Shown piece after piece: positions 22,091 through 41,056 of a stretch of DNA of 64,000 nt. Location of the stretch: the NCBI GenBank assembly GCA_973851085.1, contig OZ316775.1:22196001-22260000 (forward strand), given 5' to 3'. Within the stretch, counting starts at the first letter, position 1; each line of letters begins with the position of its first letter. This DNA comes from Ptychomitrium polyphyllum (Eukaryota). The translations under genes were made by a program, and so were the position numbers. A model generated the notes under the pieces. It was not told the origin of the DNA and did not search any database. It saw nothing but the letters and a program-made list of their open reading frames with translations.

Positions 22091-22183
22091 TTTCATCAAA
22101 TTTTTGGAACTGAGTGGCGCTAATGCACCAAACTATTCACATTGTCCAAGTCAACTCCACTCAATTCCAAAAATGTGATGAAA
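22091..22183. repeat. Inverted repeat, 27-bp arms (25/27 match), 39-nt spacer
   Basis: tttcatcaaatttttggaactgagtgg (22091-22117) versus the reverse complement of ccactcaattccaaaaatgtgatgaaa (22157-22183). Confidence 0.85.
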
Positions 22184-22818
22184 CTCTTCACACTCCACAC
22201 ATTAGCATGCTTTGTCCGAAGCATAAATTTGTGAGCTAAAAATCCAAACCTCAAACCACTTCCGCTTCTTGTATGTTGTTTTTCAGCGTGCGTCTAACGT
22301 TGGAATTTTCAAGCACCAGAAACAAAATACCTTTTGTTAAGTTTTGGATTGTACTGCACGCTGGAGATGCTCCGTGCAACTTCAGTAACCGTTGCATGAC
22401 ATTGAATTGCAAGGAATTGGATGGGATAAAAGTCAATAATGCCAGGTTGGAACACGAAACGCATTGAAGGTGCCAGCTACTTTGAACTGCAGGGTTTCGT
22501 CCTCTGCGAAGTACTCCTACAGGACTAGTCGTACAGGACGGCTTGTCCCGTACACTGTCCTGTATTCTAATTGCAGCGAATTATCCAACTTCACGCAGAG
22601 ATCGAGGCCTGGAGTCCACAGTGTCTTCCTTGCTCCCGGTTGTGGTAGGTGTGTGCTCATGCTACGAAACGCCAAGTTGGAACTTGGTCAGCGGTTATGT
22701 GCAACCAAACAATATTAATGTGCTTGGCTGCAAAGTTTGTGGTTCTGCTCACTTTGGATCATGCACGGTCCCATTCCTGCAACCTACTCCCTTCCAATAC
22801 TGTGGAAGTTACTGTGGC

Positions 22819-22890
22819 GAGTATTAAGTGTTTCAGGAGTATTAAGTGTTTCAGGAGTATTAAGTGTTTCAGGAGTATTAAGTGTTTCAA
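22819..22890. repeat. Minisatellite, 4 x 18-nt GAGTATTAAGTGTTTCAG
   Basis: Three perfect copies plus a fourth ending in CAA. Confidence 0.95.
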
Positions 22891-22894
22891 GATG

Positions 22895-23016
22895 TGTGCA
22901 TGAGTGCATGTGTGCATGTGTGCATGAGTGCATGTGTGCATGTGTGCATGTGTGCATGTGTGCATGTGTGCATGAGTGCATGAGTGCATGAGTGCATGTG
23001 TGCATGTGTGCATGTG
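22895..23016. repeat. 8-nt tandem repeat (WGTGCATG) x15
   Basis: TGCATG recurs every 8 nt from 22897 to 23014. Followed by a short degenerate TTTTTGAC repeat at about 23040-23078. Confidence 0.95.
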
Positions 23017-25252
23017 TTACCTTCGATGATGTATAACCTTTTTTTGACTTTTTGACTTTTCTTTGACTTTTTCACTTTCTATGTTTGTGTTATTTTACTT
23101 TGAAGAATTCCATATCACAAGGAGAATTCCATCTTCCTAAAGTATCAAGTGAAGATAAGGAATAGCATGTGTTTATTTTTGGAGAATCCACTTTTCTTTT
23201 TTAAAAATAAAGATTTAAATTGATTTTTTTTTTAAAGTAAATCTATTTCTTCAATTGATATAATATGTGAACAAGTTATAATCTAATCCAATGTGGCAAT
23301 ATAGTAACTACAATATATTTTGAAGTTCCATGCATTTCTTGCACGTGGTAGGAAGTGAATTTAACCAATGAATAAGATTTATAACTAGTTGATCTTTGTG
23401 TACAACTTTGATCTTTAATTGAGTAGATTGTCATGCTAAAATAATTCCTTTAAACGATGGATGTTTGAAGAATGATGTGGAACTAATGTTTAGACAAATT
23501 TTTTAGCATGATGCTATGCCATTATACACAATGAGTTGAATAATGAAAAATAGTATGTAATGTCATAACAAAACAATGTTTTATAGATAACATTGTGAAT
23601 AAAATTTTAAAAAATAACTTTTTATTAAGTCAAAAGCTTATCAACCTTCAACATAAAAAATAACACAAGAATTATTTAATATTTATATTATTTTTTTTGC
23701 TTAGGATTATCACAGAGTAGGTACCATTTTCAACAAAATACTTTCAAAGTCTTGAAGCTTAATATGTAGTAGGTTTTAAAATGTATAAATAGTATTTTGA
23801 CTTCTATTGTAGTCTAAAAATTTCTATAATATTCTTTAGTGATTTGCTGAATACCTCTTTTAATGAAATAATGATTTTCTTAGAAAAGATATTGTTCCAT
23901 TTAAAAAAACTTGTTGAGTTAAAAATTTAAGAAACTAATGTGTTAAGTTATTCCATTTAGACTCTTACTTTTATTTATTAATTGCCATATGTTTTCACTA
24001 TCATTTGATGTTGATTTCCTATTTTTGGAAACTAAGGAGATTCTTATAGGATTTGCCTTTTATAAAGGTTTTGTACATCATTTGGAATTGAAGGATATTT
24101 TTAAGAGATATTAAATAATAAGCATGCCTTCCAATTTAATTAATTTTCAGAATGCATCTTATAAATGAATCCAAAAATGCTCTTTAATTATTTTTAAGGC
24201 ATCCTATATTACTTATACTTGATAATCTGATATTTTAGTCAAGCTATTTAGTATTGAATTTGTTTCAAGACTTTTTAGTGCTACAAAATTAAAAAATGCT
24301 TTATCTTATTTAATAAAATTTCAAAATAAACTTTCCTTAATGTGAATTCTTTTAAATGCCAATGAATATCATGTCATTTGTATATAAATGATTCATAGAG
24401 CTTTAAATGATTTATTGCAACATATCCAAATTTGGCTAACAAAATCACAATTATTCTTAAATATGATGATTTAAGATTTATTTCTACAAAATCCACAATC
24501 AATTAGGTAAAAAAATAATTCAAATTTTTCTTATAAACATGTCAATATAGTATTTTTTGAACAAAAAAGGATTGTTTACGTAAGACAAGTTCTCCATAAA
24601 ATTTGATTCATGTAATTTGGCAAAAATTTAATTTCAATTTTGAAGTGGAGCAATTTCTATAAAGTTTTCAATTTTGAAGGATGTTCGATTTTAATGGAAA
24701 TATATGAAATTCTAGCAAGTTCTTGAAAGTAGTAAGAACCTCAATATGGTGTCTGGTGCATCTAGAAGTATGGAAGATTATTATACTTGTGAATACTAGT
24801 TGGGACTTCACTTTTTATTTTAATTTTTGAATGGTCCAACATTGAGGTGGAACATGGGCGTAATATAATATAAGGTCTGATATGGGGGAATGATTGTTTC
24901 TGGATACCATCACCTATAAAGTGATTCACCATCATTCTAGTAGTCGCCTCGCACCCTATTGTGCATCTTAATGGGCATCACAGTAGCTTGGAGCAAGGCA
25001 AGGGTGGTAGGGGACAAGATTGGGAGTGTGGGCGAATAAACTCGTTGACAAGCACTGGTGTAGGCGAACCGTGACAGCATCAGTCCCTCATACTGCAAGT
25101 TACCGTTTCCTGCATGTCGCTAAGAAAATAAACTTCTCACAGAGGCATTCACGCAACGGGCAGTCACACAAGCCAATTGCCAGAGTGAGAAACTCCCACA
25201 CGTCACCCAAAGCCGACGGAGTCTCGCGTTCATGCAAAGCGTGGGGTGGATT

Positions 25253-25284
25253 GCACTGCGCACTTCGCACTTCGCACTTCGCAC
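25253..25284. repeat. Heptamer tandem repeat (GCACTTC) x ~4.5 upstream of the PIRL gene
   Basis: gcactgc gcacttc gcacttc gcacttc gcac. Confidence 0.85.
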
Positions 25285-25886
25285 AAGCCCCCGTAACAAT
25301 TTCCACTTGCTGACTCAATCTTGTCCACTTTCCGGGAAATGCCCAGGTGATACTCGCCAGATACCCTGTTTATACTTATACCAAACCTGCTTGATGCCCT
25401 GGAAGGTACCTTCTGAAACGGACATGACCCCGGCCTCCCACAAACTTTGAAGAGTTTGCTACATACACTATCTGAACGAATGGCTTGGTGATACTCATAC
25501 CATACCCGGATTATACTTGCGAGATACCAGATGGTAGCCGGCTTATACCGAGGTGGGTATCTCATGAAGTGGACAAGAGTTCGACATTGTGGGGCTGCTT
25601 TTGATGTGTGAGGCTCTCTCTTCCTCATTCACGCGAGCATTCAATGCCATCGTAAGTCTAGCTAATCACAGAAGTTCCTAGGCTTTTCTTTCTGCTGTGA
25701 AGAGCTCATCTCCTGCTCAGAGTGCCATCTTTGCGCTGCATGCATTCTCTTTGCTCACTGCACTTCTTTCTTGAGTCAGGACATGCATGCGACATATGCA
25801 GCATAGCACGTGATCTTTTTGCAGGTTGAGCCTTGCATGTTTGAGAGGGAAGAAGAGACAGAGAGAGAGAGAGAAAGCGAAAGAGA

Positions 25887-27651
25887 ATGACTCGCAAGGT
25901 GGAGAAGGAGATAAAGCCTGTGCTTGCAATGCTGGGGCCCCGTCCGGGCGCGGAGGCTGTGGAGGCTGCCAAGCAGGCGGTGGTTCTCATCGAGAACAAG
26001 CTCGCTGCTGAATCATCCGAGGAGCTTCCTGTAAGCGTCCGCAGACATGCAACCTTTTGGGTTTCTGGTGTTAGCATAGTTTGTGTTGTGTGTCCTTGCC
26101 GAGGTGATGATCTGGTGAAATGGTTTTCTCTGTTGCTTGTTTGGTCCGAGAATGACGTTAGAGACTTTTTGGGTGTTAGTTTCTTGGAGCTCAAGGGTGG
26201 GTTCGTGATATTGCGGTTGTGATGATTCAATGCAGGTTGAGAAGCAGAAGGAGCTGCAAGAGACAGCGGACAGGGAGAAGGTGCCCTACATGGCGGTGAT
26301 CCAGTTGGAAACGCTTCACCAATCTTATGAGTATCTCTTGAAACAGCAGCACTCGAAATCTGAAACGGAAGAAGCTTCTGGCGTCGCAATCGACCTCGAG
26401 AAAGCACTCGCAGAAGCTGCCGCCAAGAAAGTGGATCAGTTCGACTTCAGCGGCAAGGGGCTGAAGAACGTCCCAAGAGCATTGACGACCATGTCCTTCC
26501 TCTCGTCGTTGAATCTTTCCAACAATCAATTGGAGGTGAGGTCAATCAACTGCGCCCCTCTTTCTGTTTCTCCCTCTTGCATGCTCTGGCAACGCTGGTG
26601 AATGGGTGATTGAAGATATCTCTGGTGGTTGTCTCTTGACAGGCATTGCCGAGTGCGATTGGCAGTCTTGTTAACCTGGTGGTGCTCAATGTACAATCTA
26701 ACCAACTGAAGTCGCTCCCGAACAGCATCGGAAGCCTCTTGAAGCTGACGGTTCTGAACGTGTCTGGGAATATGATCAAAGCTCTCCCAGAGAGCTTAGG
26801 GAAGTGCAGGTACGCACAGGATTTCCAAGTTTGTGATGTCAATTGATTTCAGTTCGTCCATAATTCTCGAGTTTTTGAAGATGATTTTTCATGTGTAGTG
26901 ATGTTATATGGTGTGAGTGATTGTTTGCAGTAAGCTGGTGGAGCTGAACGCGAACTTCAATCAGCTGGATAGCTGGCTCCCTGTTTTAGGGTCGAAACTG
27001 ACCAAGCTGCGGAATCTGGAGCTTCACTTCAACAACCTCGTCGGACTACCGGAATCATTCGGCCACATGAAGTCCCTGAAGCATTTGGATCTCCGCAACA
27101 ACCATCTCCGCAGCTTGCCATCCTCCATTGGTATGCTCGCGCAGCTCGAAACCCTAGACTTGAGCAGGAACTTCAATAACCTCTGTACTCTTCCCGACTC
27201 CATCGGGGAACTCCTCTCTCTCTCGGTACTTGACCTCAGCTTCAACCAAATCCGTGAACTCCCCGCCTCACTCGGCACCCTCAACCTCAAGAAGCTGATG
27301 CTTGACCAAAACCCGCTGGTGGTGCCTCCGAAGCGGGTGATCGAGCACAGCCAGGAAGCTGTCTTGGCCTACCTGCTGGATCTTCACCAAAACGGCCCCA
27401 AACCGAAGCAATCCATCACAGCACAAACCGGCAGGAAACTCAGCCCGCCGGGCCGATCTCCTGCTGCCTGCTTGATGATTCCTGCAAGCCCTCGACATGA
27501 ACACGCTGGCGGATGGGTCCCCGTCCGCCCTGGCCGCACCTGGATGCGCTCCTTCTTCGGCCAGCTCATGTGTGGAGGTGCAGGGAACGTCTTGATGGGT
27601 GGCAATACCATGCGATGGCAAGAGTATCACTCAGACGATGAAGACCAGTGA
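25887..27651 (+). CDS. Plant intracellular Ras-group-related LRR protein (PIRL-like), 4 coding exons, about 443 aa
   Basis: Exons 25887-26030, 26236-26535, 26643-26809, 26931-27651; total 1332 nt. PIRL-like N-terminus (LGPRPGAEAVEAA..YMAVIQLETLHQSYEYLLK), 23-residue LRRs (LNLSNNQLEALPSAIGSL, LDLSRNFNNLCTLPDSIG) and LRR cap NPLVVPP. Probable 5'UTR intron at about 25652-25824; (GA)n tract before the ATG. Confidence 0.88.
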
Positions 27652-28724
27652 ACCTTTGAAGTTCGAGTCTATTCAACCTCCCTGTACTTTAATCATGAGC
27701 CTCCTCAAGCTAGCATCTTGTACACTGGTTGACTTGGCATGGAAGTGAGTTGTCATGATCATCACCAGGGTTCCACATATATTACTGTAGACCAGTGGAC
27801 CCATCTGTCACACATTGTGCCCATTCGACATTCTCTTTAGCTCCATGTCCCCAACATAGCGCTACTGTTAACTGTAGATCTCAGGTGATTGAATCGGAAG
27901 CTAATCTGCAAGATGCTTCACATGATTACCCACCCATTGTAGATATCTCTGATCTTAGCTGATCTTCTGAATTAGCTACAATTTTGTGAAATTGATTTCC
28001 AGCTCTGTCAATTTCAGGACACTATCTCTCTAAATAAACGCATAACAGCATTACGTCACTTACCAGTCAGCCAGAGTACTGTTTCCGTGTATTGTGACTG
28101 AGATGCGTTTTCTATTGATCCGCTCTCCATCATTTATTGTAGGAAATCACAACCGCCATGGCTGATGTTGCTCATCAGATCCGCCATTACGTCAAAAAAA
28201 CGTGTAGCGAGTGCGGTGTCCCAAAACTTCACCTTCAGCGACACTGTATCGATCCCTAGCCATTCCATACCCACGAGCCTTAGCAGTGTTGCGATTGTGC
28301 TGGCATACGTCACGCCCGACCCAAAGGCAAGAGCCTCGATTCTCGAAGACCCGGAGGGAGTTGAAAATGTGGGACGGAACATATTTGCAGATGAAGGATA
28401 GAGTACTCTATTCCGAGCCCACTAATGGGGTTACTAAGCATGGGCTGGAGTTACTAATTTTGGGGAGTGTGTCGGACAGCAGAGGAGGTAGGTCTCTTTT
28501 TCTGCACAACAGTACGTTTTTCATGCCCAACATGTGATCCTGGAAAGCAAAAATTCCAATATACTGCAGTTTGATTCAAGTGTGTGAGCTTGCTCTGGCG
28601 AGTGTAGAAGTGGGGTTTGAAGATTGATGCAGTTGACGCAAGGTTTAGCGCCACTAGGTGACGGATTTCGGGAGTGGCGGTGAGCTTTGTGGGAGTTTTG
28701 TGAGAGTTTTGTGTCTAGAGCCTC

Positions 28725-33102
<4,378 letters not shown>

Positions 33103-34497
33103 TATGAAGGGAGGTTGCAATTTGAAGGAACATATTTCAGGTAGATATTATGGAATGTATTATAAAATTAGCGATTTAGAAGACTTTCGTGACGGCAAAT
33201 TGCAAACATTGGACTTTTGCGAGTGTAACTGTGTACCTTTTCGTTCCAAATATTCAATGGAAGTGGGTTTAAACTAAACTGCGTGAGTTGCTTGTTTATG
33301 GAGCTGCTGGCACTTGGGCCGTTGAACTGAATTTGAAATCTATCAATTTACCATGAAACTACTATGTCTGACAAAATTCACCAAGAAACCGAGCGTCTGA
33401 GTTAGGTTGGTCATTGTTCAGAATCTAGTACAGTAGTTGTTTCATGCACTGAGCAGTTTCTGTTCGTTCTAGAATCTGGATCATACTTTGCCAGATCCGA
33501 AGAGAAGGGAAACCTGGTTCTCTGTCCAGAGCAATCCTTCACGATTTCTCTGCAAGCATAGTTCCTCCCTTCAGCATTACTACAAATCTCTCCGGAAGCA
33601 TTTGACTGAGGACCCAAATTCTGGCAATCACCAAATTATGTGCTGCACCGAGTTTGTCCAGAGAAATTTTCAGGTGCGTTGCGCTCACCCCCACTCCGAG
33701 GTTTTGTACAGGACACGATACACTCATCATCACGTTGTCCTCAGCATTACAATCGACCCAATGGATTGTGCAAAGTCCCCACATGTGAATCTTGCACTGC
33801 GGTGGAATACCGGAATGATTAGTCATGGGACCACGCAACAGCAGGGTAGGACAACCCTGAAGCAATATCACACATCAGCCATGATGCCATCGTCAGAAGT
33901 TTTTGCACATGATCATTCCTGGATGTGTTTGTGGGTCTCTATTTGGGTCACGACCGTCTTTGAATCGTCATGCGTGTTATACTGTAGCTAAGCTCGATTT
34001 ACGGCGCTCTTGTGGTTATTGGCTTCTCAACAAGAGTCTCTGAGCGTTTAGTGTGTCTCAAACGTACGGTTTAGGGTGGTGGTGAGAGTTTTTAGTTGGT
34101 GGGAGTGAACATGGGGTGGATAGCAACGGCAGATTTGGTGCATTGTGGCTTTCGGTTTGAGGATTCCTATGATGGTTGAGATTATTGGGATACTGAAGAT
34201 AAAACATTTTCTGAACTGATGTCGTTCAAGTGCCAGAATTCAGAAGCCGAGGTCGGCCAATGCCAAATCGTGCACGTAATAATCATAATGTAGCCTGATC
34301 AGTTCAGGTCATTGATCCTGTTCCATAGAAATGCTACAAAACACTATGGTCGTAAGTTAGGAATGTCTAAAATCGTTACTTTTGTGAACCAAAAGAGTCT
34401 ATGCTGTCAAATGTTTTAGCCCTCGAATATCTGACTGCTCAAGTGTTTACTGAAGAACCGGTTGTACTTAAGTCAAGCTGCACTCGAGCAGGTACTC

Positions 34498-35991
<1,494 letters not shown>

Positions 35992-37154
35992 CAAAGCCAT
36001 TCCAAGTTGCTGTGATGGTACTATCTCAGATTTATGGTACCCAAGCATTCTAATGTATGGTCCGACTGTTTTGTTTGACTGATAAGCTAGAGCTCAGGCT
36101 TGTAAATATAACTATCAGGCCACAATTTCCTAGGACAGGACTAGGCCTAGTACATTCCAAGAACAGCTTGTTGATACACAAGATCAAGAAAGGCTTTACT
36201 GTTCAAAACGTCACACCTATAAAAAGGTTACAGTCCTACGACATGCTTCAGCAGATGTCCACACTGGCTGACCCAAGTATTTGATTACACATAAGTGGAA
36301 TCCAGACAGTATTCTTGACGACCTATGTTGATGCTTATTCTATTTTTGACTCTCCCGTAGGAATGCAACTTGGGTTGCAATTCCAGTAATTCCTGGATTG
36401 AATTTTGATCACTGTTATGCAATACACGTCAGAATCGTACCCTTCACCATCTATTGAACTCTACGTTGTACTGCTTTTTACAAGAACGTGAGAATCATGG
36501 TACTCCTGTCGAAGCCTAAATGCCGTCCACAGGGTAAAGAACATGCTCAATATTGAGTTGTCATAACTTGCAAGCGTGGTGATCTGAAGATATTCGATAT
36601 ACTAAGAAAATCTGATTTCAATCGACGACTAAAATTATTCAGTGTACACAGAATTACAGCAAGTCTTACTGGACTATTTTCAATCAGCGCAAGGATAGAG
36701 AAAAGCAGAACTGTGGTCTCTTTTCAGAGTCCAGCGTGAATCAGGAGCTCTTTGAAAGCGTTTTTCCCTTAAAACGTTGGTTTATTGAGTGATCAATAGG
36801 AGGTCTACAGGCCAAACTCTCGCAGTTTAACTCCACTCTCTGAACCATGATCATTATTAGCTTGCCTTCAAGTATTTCCATTCCCTCCACACGCACTTGA
36901 TGGTGCTGCTTCACATTGGGCTCTTTCAATCCTAACTGCACTCTACAAAGAAGCATAAAAGAGGCAAGCGGCTCCAACAAATGCCAGCAGCCGTAACGTC
37001 GTGACCTCAATAAGACGCAATGTCTCCCATAAGCTACGTGTACCTCAATTCTCTGAAAGGCGAGAAACCGCACGATCATAAACCCTAAAACTTCAGCATT
37101 GGCAATAAATCCCAAATCACTTCCCCAATGAAAGAACCCCAGAACTCTACCTCT

Positions 37155-37874
37155 TCACATCGGCAACTTCATCTTCTCCCGCAGCTTCTCCACTTCCAAA
37201 TACGCAGTCCCGTAAGGCAAAAACTCCTGCGAATGCTCCTGAGCGAGCTCGTTCAACCCCTCAGCCAGCTTCGGAATGGAGAGAATTTCATCGTTTGTGA
37301 GCATCCTCACAAACCGAGCCGGATTCCCCGCCCAAAGTTCCCCCGCCGGAACGCGCCGCCCAGGCGGCAACACGGACCCTGACCCCAGCATCGAGTTCAT
37401 CTCAACCAACGACCCTTCCATTAACACACAACGCTGTCCCACGACGGCCTCATCCTCCACCATGCACGACCTTAGTGTACTGAAGCTCCCGATGGTACAA
37501 TACTTCCCGATCAGCGTCTCAGCAGACAACCCCGTGGGCGCCGTGCTCGCTGCATGAAGCACACACTTGTCCCCAATGCTGGACGTAAACCCTAGCACGA
37601 TGCGGTTCAAATCGCCGCGCAGCACTGAACCATACCACACGGTAGCGCGATCCTGGATGTCGACTGCGCCCGCGAGCACCACATTCGGCGCGACGAATGC
37701 GTCCACGGCCACAATCGGCACGCGGTGCCCCACCGGCACGATCTGGCGCTGCCCCCGGTAGTCCCACTCTAGATGATGCTGTTGCTGCGTCGCCGTCGCC
37801 GCGTAACCACGCAGGCCTTGCTCTGTGATCGCTCCCCACTTGAGCAGATTGCGTGCCACAGTGCGGAGCGCCAT
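37155..37874 (-). CDS. GAMMACAL: Gamma carbonic anhydrase-like protein (mitochondrial complex I CA-domain subunit), single coding exon, 239 aa
   Basis: Basic, presequence-like N-terminus; WDYRGQRQI; hexapeptide repeats (VAPNVVLAG, VWYGSVLRGDLNRI); GELWAGNPARFVR; FLPYGTAYLEVEK. Lacks the full Zn-binding His set, as expected for the CAL subgroup. Confidence 0.93.
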   Translation of the reverse strand: MALRTVARNLLKWGAITEQGLRGYAATATQQQHHLEWDYRGQRQIVPVGHRVPIVAVDAFVAPNVVLAGAVDIQDRATVWYGSVLRGDLNRIVLGFTSSIGDKCVLHAASTAPTGLSAETLIGKYCTIGSFSTLRSCMVEDEAVVGQRCVLMEGSLVEMNSMLGSGSVLPPGRRVPAGELWAGNPARFVRMLTNDEILSIPKLAEGLNELAQEHSQEFLPYGTAYLEVEKLREKMKLPM

Positions 37875-40800
37875 CGCCGCGCCTTCACTGCGAAACGATT
37901 GTCACAAAACCCTTGCCAATTGAAACCCTAAACCATGAAAGCTTCGAATTGACTGCAAAATGTTGAAGGCGATGAGCTCCGGCCACTTGCATGAACGAAG
38001 AGCCTCCCTCGTTCTGTGGGATGTGCACCCAAGGCCGTCACTCTTGCTTAAAATTGGCATTATCTGCAAGCGGGTTACACCCGATTGTTTGAAGTCTAGG
38101 AACGGATGGTGAAATTGGTTCTGGGTGTAGTGACGGTTTTCGGTATGCACCGGTTTTGTAGCCATTACGATACCCGGGATACCTGGACTAATCCAGAGAA
38201 GAGAACTTTATCCCCTCGTGTGTAAACCACTGTTGTGCAGGTAAGAGTGTTGAGTTCACAAACTTAAAATTTAAGTTGAAAAAATATAGATACTTAGAAA
38301 TTTCTATAATACTACAATAAATATAAATACAAATATTCATGGCCAATAAAATTTCACAAATTATGCAGAAAAATGAATGTCATAATAAAATTGATTTGTT
38401 GTTATTAATTGATGTTGAATCTAGGTTTGAAAAATAACCAAAGTAGGATTAAGGAATAATCTTCACATGTTGAAAGATAAATTATGCAAATATTTTATCA
38501 TTGTTAAAATTTAATATTTAAACAAGTATGTAGTGAATAGTATGTTTAAGTATGAAAAAAATAATTATCACTAAATATATAGATCATTGAATTAATTAAT
38601 ATTATAATAATATTTTGAGGTGAATTGTGTTTGTTTTATGATTGCATTTATTTGAGATGACTATCTCCATTTGTATAAATAATTGAGTAATGCATGCAAG
38701 AATATTACAAATTCCAAGTTAACCATGATAATTCAAACTTTAGATTTTAATAATAATAATTGTTTATAATGTATAATTCAAAAGCTCCAAAATAATTCTA
38801 AAGATGAAATAAATTTAAAAGAGGTTGAATTTGTTAAAGATAATTGTCATGTTTTTGAAGTTATATAATAAGTTTCTTGCTAATAGATGAGCCATAGTAG
38901 CCAAAAGGCACTTAAATGGTTTATGAGATATGCAATTTAATTTGACTTGAGTTAATTATTATAGTCCCAAAATTATTGTTTTGTCCCATTATAATGAATA
39001 ATATGTACTATGCCTATTAATTATATGAATTTATATTTATATTTAGCCTTTTTGTAATTATTATTAACATGAAATTTAACTAGCATCAAGACCACAAAAG
39101 TATGCATGGACCTTTAAAATTAAATTAAAAATTAATTGCCTTAAAATCTTTGCTAAGGTATTTTAAACTTTTATTTATTCTACTTTGTAAGACTACCTTG
39201 TCCATTTGACTTCCATGTCATTGTTCCTTCTAACATGTCATGAAATATAAGTAATTAAAGATGGATTGTAAATAAAAAAATTTGATTGATTTGTTATTTT
39301 GTATGGGCTTATCCATTCCATTTTTAAATGCAAACTTGTGCATCCACTTGTTCCATTTGTAAAGGATCACTTTTAAGCCATATGAGTCCAATAAGGCATT
39401 TCTAACTACATCAAGTATTTTTTCCAATCAACACAACTAATGCAAGATTGAAGCATAGATTATTCTCTAATATTATTCTATAATACTAATATATTAATAT
39501 TTTCAAAAAAAGTGTCTTAAGAACTGCCATAAAATACAATCAATAAAATTGATCTTACAAAAATATTGTGATTTTAAGACAAGTTTACTAATTTACTTTA
39601 GTGATTTAATAAAAGTGTTAAAAATTTCTTCAATTTTAAGATACTATAATGTCTTAAAAAAGAGTTTTTTAAAAGTTAAAAAAGTGCCTATAATCAACAC
39701 CCTTGTTAGATAGTGCATGCATACAGCCCACGTCTGGTGCCGCTCACTGCCATACTTGTTACTAGTTCTGCAGAGGAAAAAGTTTCAAGTTGTGCGAGTT
39801 CAGTGCGAAAGTGGTATAGTTCATGCTTCGCAGAGTGTGCCCGTGAAGCACCTATCAGGCAAGTTGATGAGGTAATCCTGCCAGAAATCCTCAAGAATTA
39901 ATTTATTAACAGAATTGCCACGACAAAGAACATCAGCGTAGCGTGATCGGGAAAGCATCATCCGTAGCAACGACGTCATATGTGGTTGGAATATATTGAA
40001 GAACAGAGATTGACATTAGCTGAAAGTAGCGAAGAAACCGACTCTTGCACAGAATCGGAGCAAGGCAAAGCAGTTCTTGAGCACCAGTATGAGTGAAAAG
40101 TGACATTATTCAACCATAATTTCCAGTTCCGACTCAGAATATTTGAGAGAACTGCATCTTCTGGGTGAGATGCCTGTGAGGTCACTCGCTCAGTAGAAAC
40201 TCTAGGTCATCGGCAAGCATGAGGATACGACCTCTGTGATACGGTGTCCTCTCAGCACATTTCTAATTCTCGTCTTTCATGTACTTTGTGGAATTTGCGA
40301 AGTCACAAGGTACGGACGACGAATACACAAGACAAGGGATGAACCAGAATGAATAGTAGCTACGCTAAGTGTGATGACAATAACCCAGACAACCTAGTCT
40401 GCGCAGGGGCTAAATTTATACTACCGTACTGAAGTTTAAGGATACACACTGCTTTCCCCAACTTTGCGCAACCGAGTCTCAACTGATTGGTCAAGACAAT
40501 ACTCGCACCGAGCCAGGCCTTAGTGTGACAAATTCATGTAAATAAACTTGCAAAGTTAGTGTATTTATCGCATAAGAGTCATGTTTTCCAGGTTTGCAAT
40601 TAATCTACACGAGTCTCTCACCTTGGGACGAGGTGGCCAGTTGAGTTGTATATGTCTGGGAGATCGGTGTATTATTGCTCTGGCCGCCTGCTCTATTACG
40701 ACGTGGAGTCATCTGCTGAGAGAAGTAATGTGAGGGGGACCACGGAAGGAGCGGTTCCAGGTTAGTAATCACTGTGCTCGCTCTAGGCAGCCTAGCTTAT

Positions 40801-41056
40801 GGTGATAGTTTAGTGCTGAATATCCTTTAGTTTGGTTTCTCGCATGCTATGTAGAGCGTAAGGGATTGATCGTGTTGCCAAACTTGATTTGATTCTGATA
40901 TAAGGGTTTCCATTTCACGCGACAATCTGAGTTCAGTTGGCGAAACTCTCTCTTTATTTTATCAACTTGTATTTCCTTATAATCTCTGTTTAACGTCGTA
41001 TGCCCGATTGTGTCGCCAACGCCACATCATACGAGTTCTTAGCTTCCACTCCATAG

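Noticed and set aside
22819..22890. Direct repeats superficially like a CRISPR array
   Set aside because: Units are contiguous with no spacers, the context is eukaryotic and no cas genes are present.
22649..23075. ORFs with HTCTHAHM/CVHECM/SVSGVL repeats resembling metal-binding peptides
   Set aside because: They are translations of the 18-nt and 8-nt tandem repeats, which stay open in several frames.
25706..27630. Minus-strand ORFs (233, 120 and 100 aa) over the PIRL gene
   Set aside because: Shadow ORFs of GC-rich coding exons and the (GA)n tract.
33488..33991. 167-aa ORF between CIPK and the AKR pseudogene
   Set aside because: Non-ATG start, no recognisable motif and no AKR similarity in the frames checked.
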